DNA from: Botryllus schlosseri | Lineage: Eukaryota | Direction: 5' to 3' | NCBI GenBank assembly: GCA_051294905.1 | Contig: CM119385.1 | Location: 8,060,001-8,124,000 of the forward strand | Length of the DNA: 64,000 nucleotides | Shown here: in pieces, positions 23,637 to 35,451 of the stretch | Position numbering within the stretch: the stretch's first letter is position 1 | Layout of the letters: the number at the start of each line of letters is the position of its first letter | Notes under the pieces: model-generated | Told to the model about the DNA's origin: nothing | What the model saw: the letters and a program-made list of their open reading frames with translations, nothing else | The model's database searches: none | Made by a program: the position numbers and the translations under genes

Positions 23637-25267
23637 AATTGCGTAGGGCGCTTGGGCACCACTCGATACTCAAGTAGGCTACCGCTGAAATATGATTACC
23701 ATCTTTGCATCCTCAAATAAATCATGATGCCCAATACGTATTACACGGAAATCTATTTGGGTGGGTGATTTTTCGACGCATTATATGACTCTTAGTGCAC
23801 TGCACACATTCAATAATTTATATTCGATACAATATATCTTGCTTTTGCGTAATATAATATTCTTCGAAACACGTGATTCGTTGAAGAAGGTAGGTATTAC
23901 CGGGAAATTTAGACAGGTGCTTTATCGTAATAAGAGCAATCAAAAGAGTTATGATACGACGAGCGTAGTTTTCCCTGCTTCGTTAATTAGGCTCTCTCGT
24001 TGCTTTTCGGAGTTGAGTATTTACAGTGCATTGTTAAGTCACAGGTGCGAACATCTCCTTACACAAGTGTCACAAAATCTTTTGTGCAAGCACCTGGAAA
24101 TTATTAGATGTCAGACAACGCCGAGAACATCACATCCTGTTTAATTTCCAAATATCATTCGAATACATTTTATTGTCGCTTCGTTTAATTCCCAGCTAGA
24201 TCTTTCATACGTGAAGAGCTATGGATTTTGAACTCTAATAAGCAACTTCCTGCTAGTTAAACTTTGTCCAATGCCGGAACATTGAGCATAAGCATATACT
24301 TTAATGCAGTTAGTAGGCAAGGAAAAACAGACTACGACTAAGACATTCCGAACTTTAGAGATCGCATTTTAGCAGTTGTTTGGGTACATGACCTGAAATG
24401 CTGATGGTGGCATTACAATCATGTCATGTTCGCATCAAGGCCTCGAATAAATTATCAGGACGAGTAAGGTTTACATCCTGGCCGAAACATTTCATTCGAG
24501 TTCATAAAATCGTCAGTATCAGTATATCAGTGTCATTATATTACCATTTCTATCAATTCAAGACTTTGTGAAGTCCACGAATCATTATTTGGCCTAAAAA
24601 ATATAGTAACAAAATGGACGAACGTGTTAGAACGAGGCATGCACATTGCACAGTCCACACTCATGAGAAACTACCTGAATTATGGGAAGGCAACGAAGAT
24701 GCACGCTACAGCATAGGTATGGGAGAGCCCGGTAAGTAAGAAATACTCTAATCTCAAGGCAATCATGTAGTTCTTAACGCAGATGATTGTCAACACTTGT
24801 AAAAACACATTTGCTGTCCAAGACTGTTATCAACGACAGCTCATCCGAAACAAAAGCAGTAAGTCTGTTTATTTCGCACCTTTTGTTCTAACCCCGTTTA
24901 AAGTAATCCGCATCCTAATCGCCAGGCAAGAAATTAGAGCAATGATCATTTCGGGCGAAGACGGGTATATACTTGCACCACTCTAAGAATATTGTGCACA
25001 TCTAGATTTAGCTTCTTGTTCACGGAAATGGATGAAATATACCAATGGAATAGACAGGTGATTTTCGACAGGTCAGAGTCATGGTAGTCAATGACCACTG
25101 TAAGACTTTCTATGTGCGTCTTAATTGAAGATTTACGAATAGCACGATAAAAGTACATAGCCTATATATAAGCGTCGGAAAATGAATGTTCAAGATTATC
25201 AGTTGCCAACCAGCATCTGTATTTAACTCTTCGAATATTGCTTATCAAATATTTACAGTTGGAAACG

Positions 25268-28200
25268 ATGATGATGTCTTGTTACAAGTTTATAGTATGT
25301 ATGTTAGTGGTGATATGTTGTGTTGAGGGTGGAATCCTTCATCCGAAGCAGAAGAGGACGATACCAAGAAACGTACGAATACACGCTGGCGAACTAAACT
25401 CTCACCGTAATGCAGATATGATTAAGACAGAAACGGAGACGAACCGCTCCACTGTCGACAATAAGATCTTTGCAAAATCTGAAGCAATCAAGAAACTTTT
25501 GGATGTTCTTGGTTTGCAAGTAAGTGTTTGCGAAAAGATGCGCTGAATCGATGATAATCTGCAGATCGAATTTTGACAGGTACCCGAAAACATGACTGAG
25601 ACAACAGTCAGGCGTAAAGTAAAGAAGCCTCCCAAGTACATGACCGATCTTTACAGAGCTGTCGCAGATGCTAACGGAGTGACAAGAGATCCGGGGTTGC
25701 TGGACGCAGATATTGTTAGAAGCATTCCAAATAGTGGTAAGACTATATTTCCTTGGGATGATCGAATAGTCAGTGTTTTTATAACAGATTACCAGCGTCT
25801 TTCGGAGAATGGGCATATAATTAGTGAGCAGGAGCGACCGTGATCTAATATATATGGCTATAAGTCGAACCCGGGTCTATAGAATATAGGCTACTCCACA
25901 CAGACCTTGGTATTTTCCTTGAGTAAAAATTACAGCAGGGATGGGCAAACTTTTAATCCCGAGGGCTGCATTAACAATATGAATGCCGCGGGTCGCACAA
26001 TAGCAAGCAGATTACGGTTAAAAGATATTTAACATGAACGAGGGGTGGAGCCAGTGGTGGCCCTACGAACGGGGGGGGGGGGGGGGTGGGCTGGGCGAGA
26101 CTTACCGGGGGGGCCCCTATAAGTATCCATCCATAACTTCTGGGGGGCTCCGCCACCCAGACCCCCCTTCCGCATCGGTTATTTTTATCTATCTTTCACC
26201 ACCGCAAAAGGTTTGCCCAGGTCCTGAATTCGCCCATATCTGTTTTGCATGTGTGCAAGGATAGACTACATCAAAACTAAGTAATTATACCGCATGCAGA
26301 GACGGGATGATTATCGGGATACGGGACTTTTCTAACAAATGCAGTGATTTGATGATGATTGACACATCTGTACGGAATCATATTCTTGCTTGGTACACGG
26401 ATTTCCATGTTTATTCGTCATTCTCCTTAAAAAAAGCGCAAAATCCAAATAGGGGGGGCCCCTTCGACCAGGGGGGGGGGGGGGGCAGGTGACCGCCCAC
26501 TTCGCCCACCCCAAAAGCCACCACTGGGTGGAGCAGTGTGATAAACGACACCGTTACTGTGCCAATGGGTAACTGGTTATCAACTCGGCTGCGCCACAAG
26601 TTCCAAAATGTCTGAGACAAGTGTACCTGTTTGATGCGGGCGTGATCGGAGTAGTTGACCTTCAAGGTCGTATCGATCATTCCTATCTGATACCGAATAC
26701 TGTGCATGCGTATTTTCTGCGTACCATCATCGTTGTCGCCTGTTTTTCTCATGTCTTTCGGTTGGATGAAAAATTAAAGACTCTCACTCTTTCTTTCTTT
26801 CTTTCTTTCTTTCTCTCTCTCTCTCTCTTTCTCTAGGGCTTATCTGAAGGTTGTTTGGTACGACTCTTAAATCACACGCAGCTTCTGATTGCATGATTAC
26901 GAGTCTGACTCTAGCCAATATACGACTCGAGTCATCCCAACACTGCCGTCGCCAAAATGTATTTTACACTTTCAACTTTGATTTTATATCCCATCATGTT
27001 TAGACCTCCCTTCATGTTGTACAAGATTACGCAATAACCAGAATGCCAAACGTTAGCGTACATAGCTGTGAGGTGGGTGCTTGGTGTGTATAGGCTACAC
27101 TGACTACACATGCATTATGCTCCATCTCGTGGTTTGAGAATAGATTACTAACTTACAGATGGTTTTAGTTTGACGTTGGTACATCGCCGATGCCATAACC
27201 AGCCAGTTGGTATACAAATACATATAATATTTTTTTATTTCAATTCTAGCGCCGCCGGCTTCTAAAATTTACAAATTCAATGTCAGCACTATAGCTAAAA
27301 ATGAGGTATTGGTGGATGCAGAGATTCACATTTTCCAAAGTCGGATGGCACACCGGAAATTGAAGGAATACAGGGTGCCACATCCAAACAGACAAAGGCT
27401 TCCTCTCGCTACAACACAAGTCGTAAAACTGTATGAGGTATGTCGAAATTTATGTCATACAAAATCAAATATCATTTCAATATCATTCCATCCTATATTT
27501 ATTCAATCGTTTATTAATATTATTTTATAAAGAATACAATAGAAGGAGTCGAATGAACTTTGAAGTCTTTCAATCGAACACCCATCATTAACATTTTAAA
27601 ATAACATCTAATCGTCTACTCGGACCAGGGGTGGACAAACTTTCTAGCTCGCGGGCCGCATTCAACGCTTGAATCCATTTGCGGGCCGCACTATATAAGA
27701 TTGCTATACTAAGCCAAAATTCAATATTGTTATTTGATTAAAAATAGTGACCGAAGACATGGAAATATTATATATGTATTTGTATATCTAAAACAAACAA
27801 AACATTGATTTGATGGTAACGGACACGCGTCAAAAACATTGACGAGAATTTATAAGCAGGTGTTCCTCATTGTCAAAGTTAGGGATAAAAGTCGGTTGTC
27901 TCGATTCTTAGAACTGGATGTAAATTTGGGCATGTGAGCAGCGATCTGGTCATAGATTTGCTGATTGTACTTTTAGTTTAACTCCAAGACACACAATGCT
28001 GAGAGCATCATAACCATGTTGACTTTAAATACGCTATTACAATATAAAAATATTATAAATATGAATGCTTCTCCACATGCAAAGAACGAATCTATCTATA
28101 ACACAATCGCGAATCGGTTTTTCCAATTACTGCACTAAAAGTAATACAATGGCCCGTAATGCCAATTTAAAATCACACTCGTGGTCCGAATTAAGTCATT

Positions 28201-31200
28201 TACGTTTCAGTTTCTGTGATGTTTAGCAATTGAAACCTTTCAAATTGCATGGGCCTCCAGGTCGGGCTATCGCGCTATCAATGAAATAAAAAATACTACT
28301 GTAAGAATATAACTTATCATTATAATGTTGAAATATATTAAGAAAAAAGTTTAATCGAGTACCCACAGTAATTTGATTTGTAGAACGCATTTCATCAATA
28401 CATTTACGTTTCTTGAAGCTTTCGCGGGCCGCACAAAACGGTGTTGCGGGCCGAAGTTTGCCCACCCCTGACTTAGACCGACGTAACATAAAAAATCACC
28501 CGCTTGCAATGATTTTTTTATTTTTAACCCACGTCTAATTGCAGTTAACTGTGAGCGGCAATTCCACCGAAAGCAAGAATATCATTGCGGCACGCCGTAT
28601 TCATTTTCATCACTGTGGATGGCACGCGTTCCCAATTTTATCTACTGTAAGAGCATTTTCAGTTTTTTGTTATTGTTCAGAGATTTCAAAACTTGTTTGG
28701 AGCTTGTGAGCCGATTTCCACCAATGTATAGGTAGGTAGGTAGGTAGGCGGGTAGGTAGGTAGGTATTATAGGGGGAATGGGGCTTAGCTAATCGGCTTT
28801 TTGCCCCAGGACGATATCTGGCGATATCGACTCCTGTACTATTTCAATGGTTTACAACTCTTTATATAGCCCTTCCACTTGATATCGTGAATTCGATGAC
28901 TGGTCATATAGTATGCACATCTGTTAGTAGGGACTCTGTCCTTGGTGGTAGCCTACTTTATTTAGGGTTACCATATTTTGGAATCGGGAAAGGAGGACAC
29001 TTTTTCAAAATTTTCCAGCTTAGAATACCGGAGGAAAATCCTGAAAATTGTTAAATTTTTTTGCACTTCGTGGTTGGTTGACTAAAAAAAGGTCACTTTC
29101 CGGCTCAACTCCAGAAATAGTTTTTCTTTCACACTTTACGTTGGCTGACTAAAAAAAGGTCGTCACTTTCGTTCGAACCACGAATTTCCTATTTGGCGTC
29201 ATCGGAGGACATTTTCAAAAACCTGAAAATGCAGGACCTAACTTTATTCCGCTCGGCGGTCTGACTTAGATTCATCCGGGCACGGTCATACTTAGGGCAA
29301 CTGAGGAGTATTCCACCAATGTGATTCTAGACTTTCGGCATTGACTTCTATTGCGGCCTAGCAATTCATGCTTGCCGCATACGCTTTCGATTTATATTTC
29401 GTTTCAATTCATTTGTATTTCATCCTAATAGGACTAGGTGATAAATTTTTGAAGTTATTCCGCGAAACAAGCAAAGGTAAATATAGGCAACGTGGTTACT
29501 GGTTATCGTTGTAAGTATAGCGATTTCCAAGTAAGTGCAAAAATATTCTAGAAATAATTTTTGCTAAAATACTGAAAACTGTTAAGTAAAAGTAATGTAA
29601 AATCATAACCACTTTAACAAGTAGCGCAAGTAGTCAAAACCTACGTGAGTACTTCGAAGATGTAGAATTACTTCCGCTATTGGCCACCTCTGGAATAACA
29701 GGGTCCTGATAAAATGCATTGCACTCAAAAGGTAAAGCGGTGGATAGGAAAGGAATCGGGGAATTACGGATTGGGAATAGAAATTGTTACTTCCGATGGA
29801 CAATTCATTGAAGACGTACCTTCCCGTGAGAGCTTACAGCCTATACTGATAATTTTCGCAAATGCACAACCGCACGTATCCAATCAGACGGGATCTTCAG
29901 TGAGCTCGAAGTCCAACAGAGGTGAGGTGGTAGGACGTAGAACAGTTGGTAGACTTAGACTTGGGCTGTTACGTATTATCAGGCTCTAATAGCTCAATTC
30001 CGCAGAGCTTGCCCAAAAGAGAGTTGCTGTGTCAAATTAAACATATCTTCAGAAACGCAAAATTAATGTATTATATGCATTTATAATTGTAAGCTAGCTG
30101 AATTAAGTGCATATGATTATATATAGAGAGATATGATATTCTTTTTCGCCTTCACCATCGAGATGCTTTGACGACGGAGTTGCGATACGGCCGTGAGGTC
30201 ATCTAGTCTGCGCCCCCATTTTTTTCTCCTCCATGCTAACCGTGATTGCTGAGCGCCTGGCAGGATATCTGCGGATGCCAATTTTCGAGTCTTTGGTATG
30301 ACCCGGCCGGGGATCGAGCCCACGACCTACCGAACGAGAAGCCGGATGCATAACCATTACACTATCTCGCACTTTTCAGAATTATCGGAAAAACTAGCGT
30401 TACATTGCTTAGAATACTATGCTTACTTGGAAATCGCTACTTCTATAGTTGTATTTGAGAAGAAATTCACGAGGTTACTTCTATTTCTAATTGAGTATCA
30501 ATGGAGACCCAGCACTCAATTATTGTAATTAACCAACTATAAAAGTTAACGTCATTCGACTCATACCACACGTTAACAACATCGACGCACGTATGGCTAA
30601 ACTGCATTTCAATCAAGACGAATAACACGATCAATTGTATTATATTGTAACGGAAACAACATAAAACAACCAACTCCTTATTGTGACCATATCTTACCGT
30701 TAAATCGGTGATATCTCCAGAGGAACAATCAATCTAATCTTTAAAAATGTTTAGGCTACTCGAATAGGTGATTTAAAAAGAACTTGGCCAAGTATGCGAC
30801 GTGTTCACTGTTCAAACATTCATAGGATAGCGGTACATACTGTGGACTGCCCTCTACTCTTATGAGAGAGAGAGAGAGAGTCTTTATTTTCATCGAACCA
30901 AAATACATAACAAACGGCAGTGATGGCAGTACAGAAAATATGCGTGCACAGTATTCGGTATTAGATAGGAATGATCGATAAGACCGTGAAGGTCATCTAG
31001 TCTGATCACACCAGCATCAAACAGGTACACTTGACTCTGAACAGTCTGGCTGTAAAGAAATGTTTAGTTATAAAGGAAAATAGAAAAAAAATTAAACAAT
31101 GGTGGCAAATGATCAATGAAGCAATGTCTGGGCGAGGTAGGGCAACAGTGTTAGTGTAACGACAAGAGGTGATCAAGTAGGGCTTTTTTGAATCTAAGGC

Positions 31201-32102
31201 AATTCACGGATATGTGGTGGTAATGCATTCCAGATGATAGGTCCCGAGTAGTCGATTGATCTCTTAGTTAGGTTGCTATTGGGTGGGGGTAAGTAGATGT
31301 TTCCTTTAGACGAGGATCTCGTGTAATGGACAGAGCCAACCCTCTTTCTTTTTTTTATATATATTCAGAATATACAATGGAAACACCGATAATAAAGGAT
31401 GTATCGACCAATAGTTTGCTCGCACGGAAGAGAAGATCCACTGCCCGCCAAGATGGTACATATTGGCAAAGTAGTCGTGGAAGAATGGCGGGAGAAGTCT
31501 ATTCGAGTAAAGACACTGATTCACCGGGTGATATTCATTTTCCTGATACCGAATATGAAGCGCCAACACGTAGGAACACATATCGCAGTTACGACTACCT
31601 AGCTAATGGTGGCCAGCATCGGCCTTCACGACAAACTGAACAAATAGCCAGGGATGAAATGGCTCCATCAATATACTCTCCCGAGAGAAGAGACAGAAAT
31701 GGAAAAGACATCGTGCAATCAGACGAGCGGTCGCGGTACCAAAGTTCTTCCTTTTTGTCTTCTGCCGGAGATTCTGGGCAGGTGGGAATCTGCCGGAGAT
31801 ATCCCTTGTACGTAAACTTCGAAGATACCGGATGGGCAGGTTGGATAATTTATCCGCAAGGCTACAACGCATATCATTGCAAAGGGACATGCCCTTTCCC
31901 GCTTGGTCAACAGCTGAATCCTACCAATCATGCTACAGTACTGAGCATTATGCACACTTTGGGATTGGGAGACCAGCCTGTCGAAATGCCGTGCTGTGTT
32001 CCGAACAAACTTTATGATATCAATCTATTGTATTTTGACCAAGACGATGTAGTTCTAAGAAGGTATAAAGAGATGGTAGCAGGTTCTTGTGCTTGCCAAT
32101 AA
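25268..32102 (+). CDS. ADMP: Anti-dorsalizing morphogenetic protein (Admp; TGF-beta/BMP family), 6 exons, 540 aa
   Basis: Exons 25268-25519, 25580-25736, 27250-27437, 28545-28646, 29732-29921 (weak AAG acceptor) and 31369-32102, totalling 1623 nt in frame. It has a signal peptide, prodomain PPKYMTDLYRAVADANGVT and FNVSTIAKNEVLVDAEIHIF, and an RKRR site. The 7-Cys mature domain GYNAYHCKGTCPFPLGQQLNPTNHATV...CCVPNKLYDINLLYFD...MVAGSCAC is Admp-specific. Confidence 0.95.
26052..26526. mobile_element. hAT-type MITE (G-run rich) in Admp intron 2
   Basis: TIR cagtggtggc...gccaccactg, with a perfect TSD ggtggagc (26044-26051 and 26527-26534). Confidence 0.9.
27626..28470. mobile_element. hAT-type MITE in Admp intron 3
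   Basis: TIR caggggtggacaaact...agtttgcccacccctg, subterminal gcgggccgca motifs, and a degenerate TSD actcggac/acttagac. Confidence 0.82.
28729..28766. repeat. (TAGG)n microsatellite
   Basis: Direct reading: taggtaggtaggtaggtaggcgggtaggtaggtaggta. Confidence 0.9.
30141..30370 (-). mobile_element. tRNA-derived SINE with an RTE-like 3' tail in Admp intron 5
   Basis: The minus-strand head gcgagatagtgtaatggtta (A box) ... gggctcgatccccggccggg (B box) is followed by gtcataccaaagac. The 3' end shares ~33 bp with 14665-14697. Confidence 0.75.
30870..31315 (-). mobile_element. CR1/L2-group LINE 3' fragment in Admp intron 5
   Basis: The minus strand encodes GNIYLPPPNSNLTKRSIDYSGPIIWNALPPHIRELP, a typical ORF2 C-terminus, followed by a UTR ending in AATAAA-like sequence and (TC)n. 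Confidence 0.75.
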
Positions 32103-32432
32103 ATTTTTCCATCGCAACTTTCATCGAGATGGCTATACATTTTGACTATCAAGTGTGCAGCACAGTGTGTGTGTGGCACTCCCATTGTATTCAATCCATT
32201 AATGGCCCACTTGACCAAGTGTTGGATCGAATGCTTTACTGACCATAACCCATGACATGACCAGGAATCCTGATCATAAGATATGACATATTGCAATATG
32301 TTGAACATTGTTCGTGATTTTCACATATAGTCTCATGACAAATGATAATGATTATTCCACATCTACTCTTATCTTGCATCAATACATTGCATCCGTTACT
32401 TTTGCATCATGTTGTGTTTAATGCAGTATTCA

Positions 32433-32465
32433 AATAAACATTGTCACGACCACAAAAACAATAAA
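32433..32465 (+). promoter_or_regulatory. Candidate polyadenylation signals of Admp
   Basis: AATAAA at 32433-32438 and 32460-32465, ~330-360 nt after the stop codon. Confidence 0.5.
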
Positions 32466-32665
32466 GATGTACAAATAATATGATCATGGCCATAGCGCAG
32501 AAAAGCTGCAAACAATGTTCCTTGCTCAGTTCAGTTGCTTCTTGTACACACCCCATTTCACTATGCGCGCACAGATGTAGCGCTGTCTAAGAAATTGACT
32601 GTGACCAGCAGAGGCAAGCATAGGTATGAAATAGTATAATCATGATCACAGCATCACACCACTAT

Positions 32666-33328
32666 TCAATACTTTCCACAATCAGAAGAAGAATACTGAG
32701 TGCATGAGCTATCATCAACATGCTCTGTAAAGTCCGCTTGTGAAGTTAAGCCAGCTCCATCTGCGAGATTCCTCATATTGCAGTAATTTGTTCCAGAATC
32801 CAGTATCGCGTACCAGGTTTCCGATCGTGAGAATCCAGAGATTTCACATCCACCATTTTTTTGAGCTGAAACTAATTTGTTCATAAATTTCGTAACAACA
32901 GCTCGTTTCATTCTTTGAGGCTCATTCGTCAGTATGTCGCATTGTCCAATGTTATCACAAAATCCAAATGTAATATCATCGACATATTTCGATTTCGGGG
33001 TAGTGTGAGTCAATTTTATTTGGTTTTCTGCGACATCGGTTACCTCATACAGGCACTTCTCCCCTCCAGCGTTACAATTTTCTGGCCCGGCCCATTTCTT
33101 AGCAATATCCAGTAGACCCTGTTTGACCAATGAGCAGTTTGTTTGTGCCAATGTCCACTTCAGATGACATTGTGCATGGATTGGGTAGGTAATACTGAGC
33201 GCTGGTGAAAGTATACTGGCACTAAACACCAAAAATAAGACAGCTGCTACTCCGAACATAGCGTACACACACTTTCCGCACCTTTTACAGCCAGTCTGCT
33301 TCAATGCTGCGTAAGGATAGCTTCCCAT
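32666..33328 (-). CDS. Uncharacterised Cys-rich secreted or signal-anchored protein, single exon, 220 aa
   Basis: Intact ORF with an N-terminal hydrophobic segment (MFGVAAVLFLVFSASILSPALS). Motifs HAQC..KW, GGEKCLY, THTTP..KYVDD.TF, SETWYAILDSGTNYCN..NL and CTQYSSSDC.KY are ones I recall from a conserved unnamed invertebrate/fish family (recall only, not searched). Confidence 0.85.
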   Translation of the reverse strand: MGSYPYAALKQTGCKRCGKCVYAMFGVAAVLFLVFSASILSPALSITYPIHAQCHLKWTLAQTNCSLVKQGLLDIAKKWAGPENCNAGGEKCLYEVTDVAENQIKLTHTTPKSKYVDDITFGFCDNIGQCDILTNEPQRMKRAVVTKFMNKLVSAQKNGGCEISGFSRSETWYAILDSGTNYCNMRNLADGAGLTSQADFTEHVDDSSCTQYSSSDCGKY

Positions 33329-34874
33329 TTAACTTCCAGCAATAGCAAAGACGGTGAAGGCAGCAATGAATGCAAAGGTCAAACTGGGTTGTTTTGATTG
33401 TACGTCAGCGCAGTGAACCGTGACCAGTGATCCTCAAACCACTGCGCTAGAAGTCCTAGAACATCCTAATTTTATAAAAATCATGACATCCCGATCCCAT
33501 TTAACCATCTATTAATTAATTACGCTGATGTTCATTACACATTTCAACTGACGATTGGGATACGGTTTCCTAATATATGCTGTTGTCACTAGAATATCAC
33601 AGAATCGTGTCATCTCATTTGTTTCAAAACATCCCATGAGTGCGCGTTTGAAAAGACCTCGAAACATATGCTCATTGCTCAACTTAAAAGTAAACACACT
33701 ATTAGACTTGCAATAGCAATCTAAAAAGATGGAAGCAGGAAAATAGTCACCTGATATATTTGAATGAGAAACAATCACATCAAATTATAATACCGCTAGG
33801 ACCGAGGAGCATGTACGACTGTACGTACATTGTGCAATCGTATTCTATGAGTAGGGTAAAAGGCGCATGTCACAATACCGGTTATCATCTCATTCATAGA
33901 TATACTCTGCAATATGTAGTGTAGTTTCGTCAGCCTGGACTTCTACAATGTATATGTATAATTGTACGATGTACGTACATTATACAATTATACATGCTCG
34001 ATGTGAGCTCCCGTCCTATAGTATCGATTGCAGAATTCCTTCCCCGAATAAAATCAGTTCTCGTCAAAATCTATGTTCTATATATGGCAGTGCTCTTCAA
34101 CCGGGTGTTACTACACCCTAGGCTGTACCAAAATTTTGAAAGGGTGTACCACTCAGATGGGGTGTACAGGGGGTGTACCATATCCGCATTTAAATGAAAT
34201 GATGACTGGCTAAAACAGGCAAGTTTATGCTTCAGTACATGTTGACTGAGTATGCAATTATATTGCACAATGTTCACATCAGCTGCATATCTAGTTTGTA
34301 AGTTATATTCTTTCTGTAATATCATAAGAAAGAACAGGATGGAGTTGACATCTGTTTATAACAGGGGTTATCAACCTTTTTTGGCCGTGGCCCATTTCCT
34401 GATAGAAAATGTTCTGTGGTCCACCTCTTATCCAAAAGTCATAGATGGATGAGAGTGAGACAGTGACATATGTTTCTGTTTGGTAGCGTTACGTATGAGT
34501 AGTCGGGAGCAGCAGCGTGACGTAGTGGTGGTATTAGGCAGTTGGGCGTGAAGTAGTAGGTAGTTGGCCTTGCATTTGCAGGCTTGAGTTGGATGTACCG
34601 GTCGGAGTCTCTGCGCGGATATTTGGCTGGGGCACGGCCTAGTCACCGACGGTGCTGCGCGAGCACCTAAGGACTGTCGCCCCGTTGGTAGTTCGTACTC
34701 GCTTGTAGATGGCAAGGCTGCTTCTGGGTATGTGTGTGTGGGGTTCGCGTGGAGTTTCGTTACAGTTTGCTGTGCAGTGTGCCCTGTGCATCAGACATGG
34801 GGTGATTACTTCATGAATGTAGTCGATTGCGATTACGATTACTCCTGAATCACGCGATTACGATTACGATTACG

Positions 34875-35451
34875 CAGGGCTGTAATGACTCGAGTCCGAC
34901 TCGAGTCACGATTTTCTGATGACTCGACTTGACTCGAGTCATTTTTCCAAAATATGGAAATGACTCGACTCGACTCGAGTCAATCTGTGTATTGACTCGA
35001 CTTGGACTCGAGTCATTGCGCATGACTCGAGCCAAGTCATTGACTCGAGACTCAGACGTCCAAGACCGACAGTTCAATATAATTCCAAAGCCAACACACT
35101 ATTGGGATTTCGTCTGTTGGTACAGGTAGGCCTACTTGAAAATGCGACCAGAAACTGCTGAAAGGGAGGAAAATTCGTATATTATAACATCAAACCATTC
35201 GATACCACCAAATACAGTTATAAAAGTGGGATTTAAACATGACTTTTACAAGAAACTGAGCAGTCAACACAATGACTTGGACTCGACTCGAGTCATAATA
35301 CTGTGACTCGGACTCGACCCTTTTTTCGCTGACTTGGACTCGGACTTGACTCGGTGGTGAATTGAAAATGACTCGACTTGACTCGAGTCAAAACTATAAA
35401 AGTGAGATTGACTTGTGACTCGGTAACTATTGTGACATGGTTACAACCCTG
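34875..35451. mobile_element. hAT-type MITE (GACTCGAGTC-rich) nested in 34792-37636
   Basis: TIR cagggctgtaa...ttacaaccctg, with TSD cgattacg (34867-34874 and 35452-35459). Confidence 0.9.

Noticed and set aside
26621-26836. ORF inside Admp intron 2 considered as an Admp exon
   Set aside because: It has no prodomain similarity, and the model is complete and in frame without it.
30295-30370. tRNA-like sequence
   Set aside because: It has only A/B boxes and continues into SINE body and tail with no full cloverleaf. Annotated as a SINE head, not a tRNA gene.
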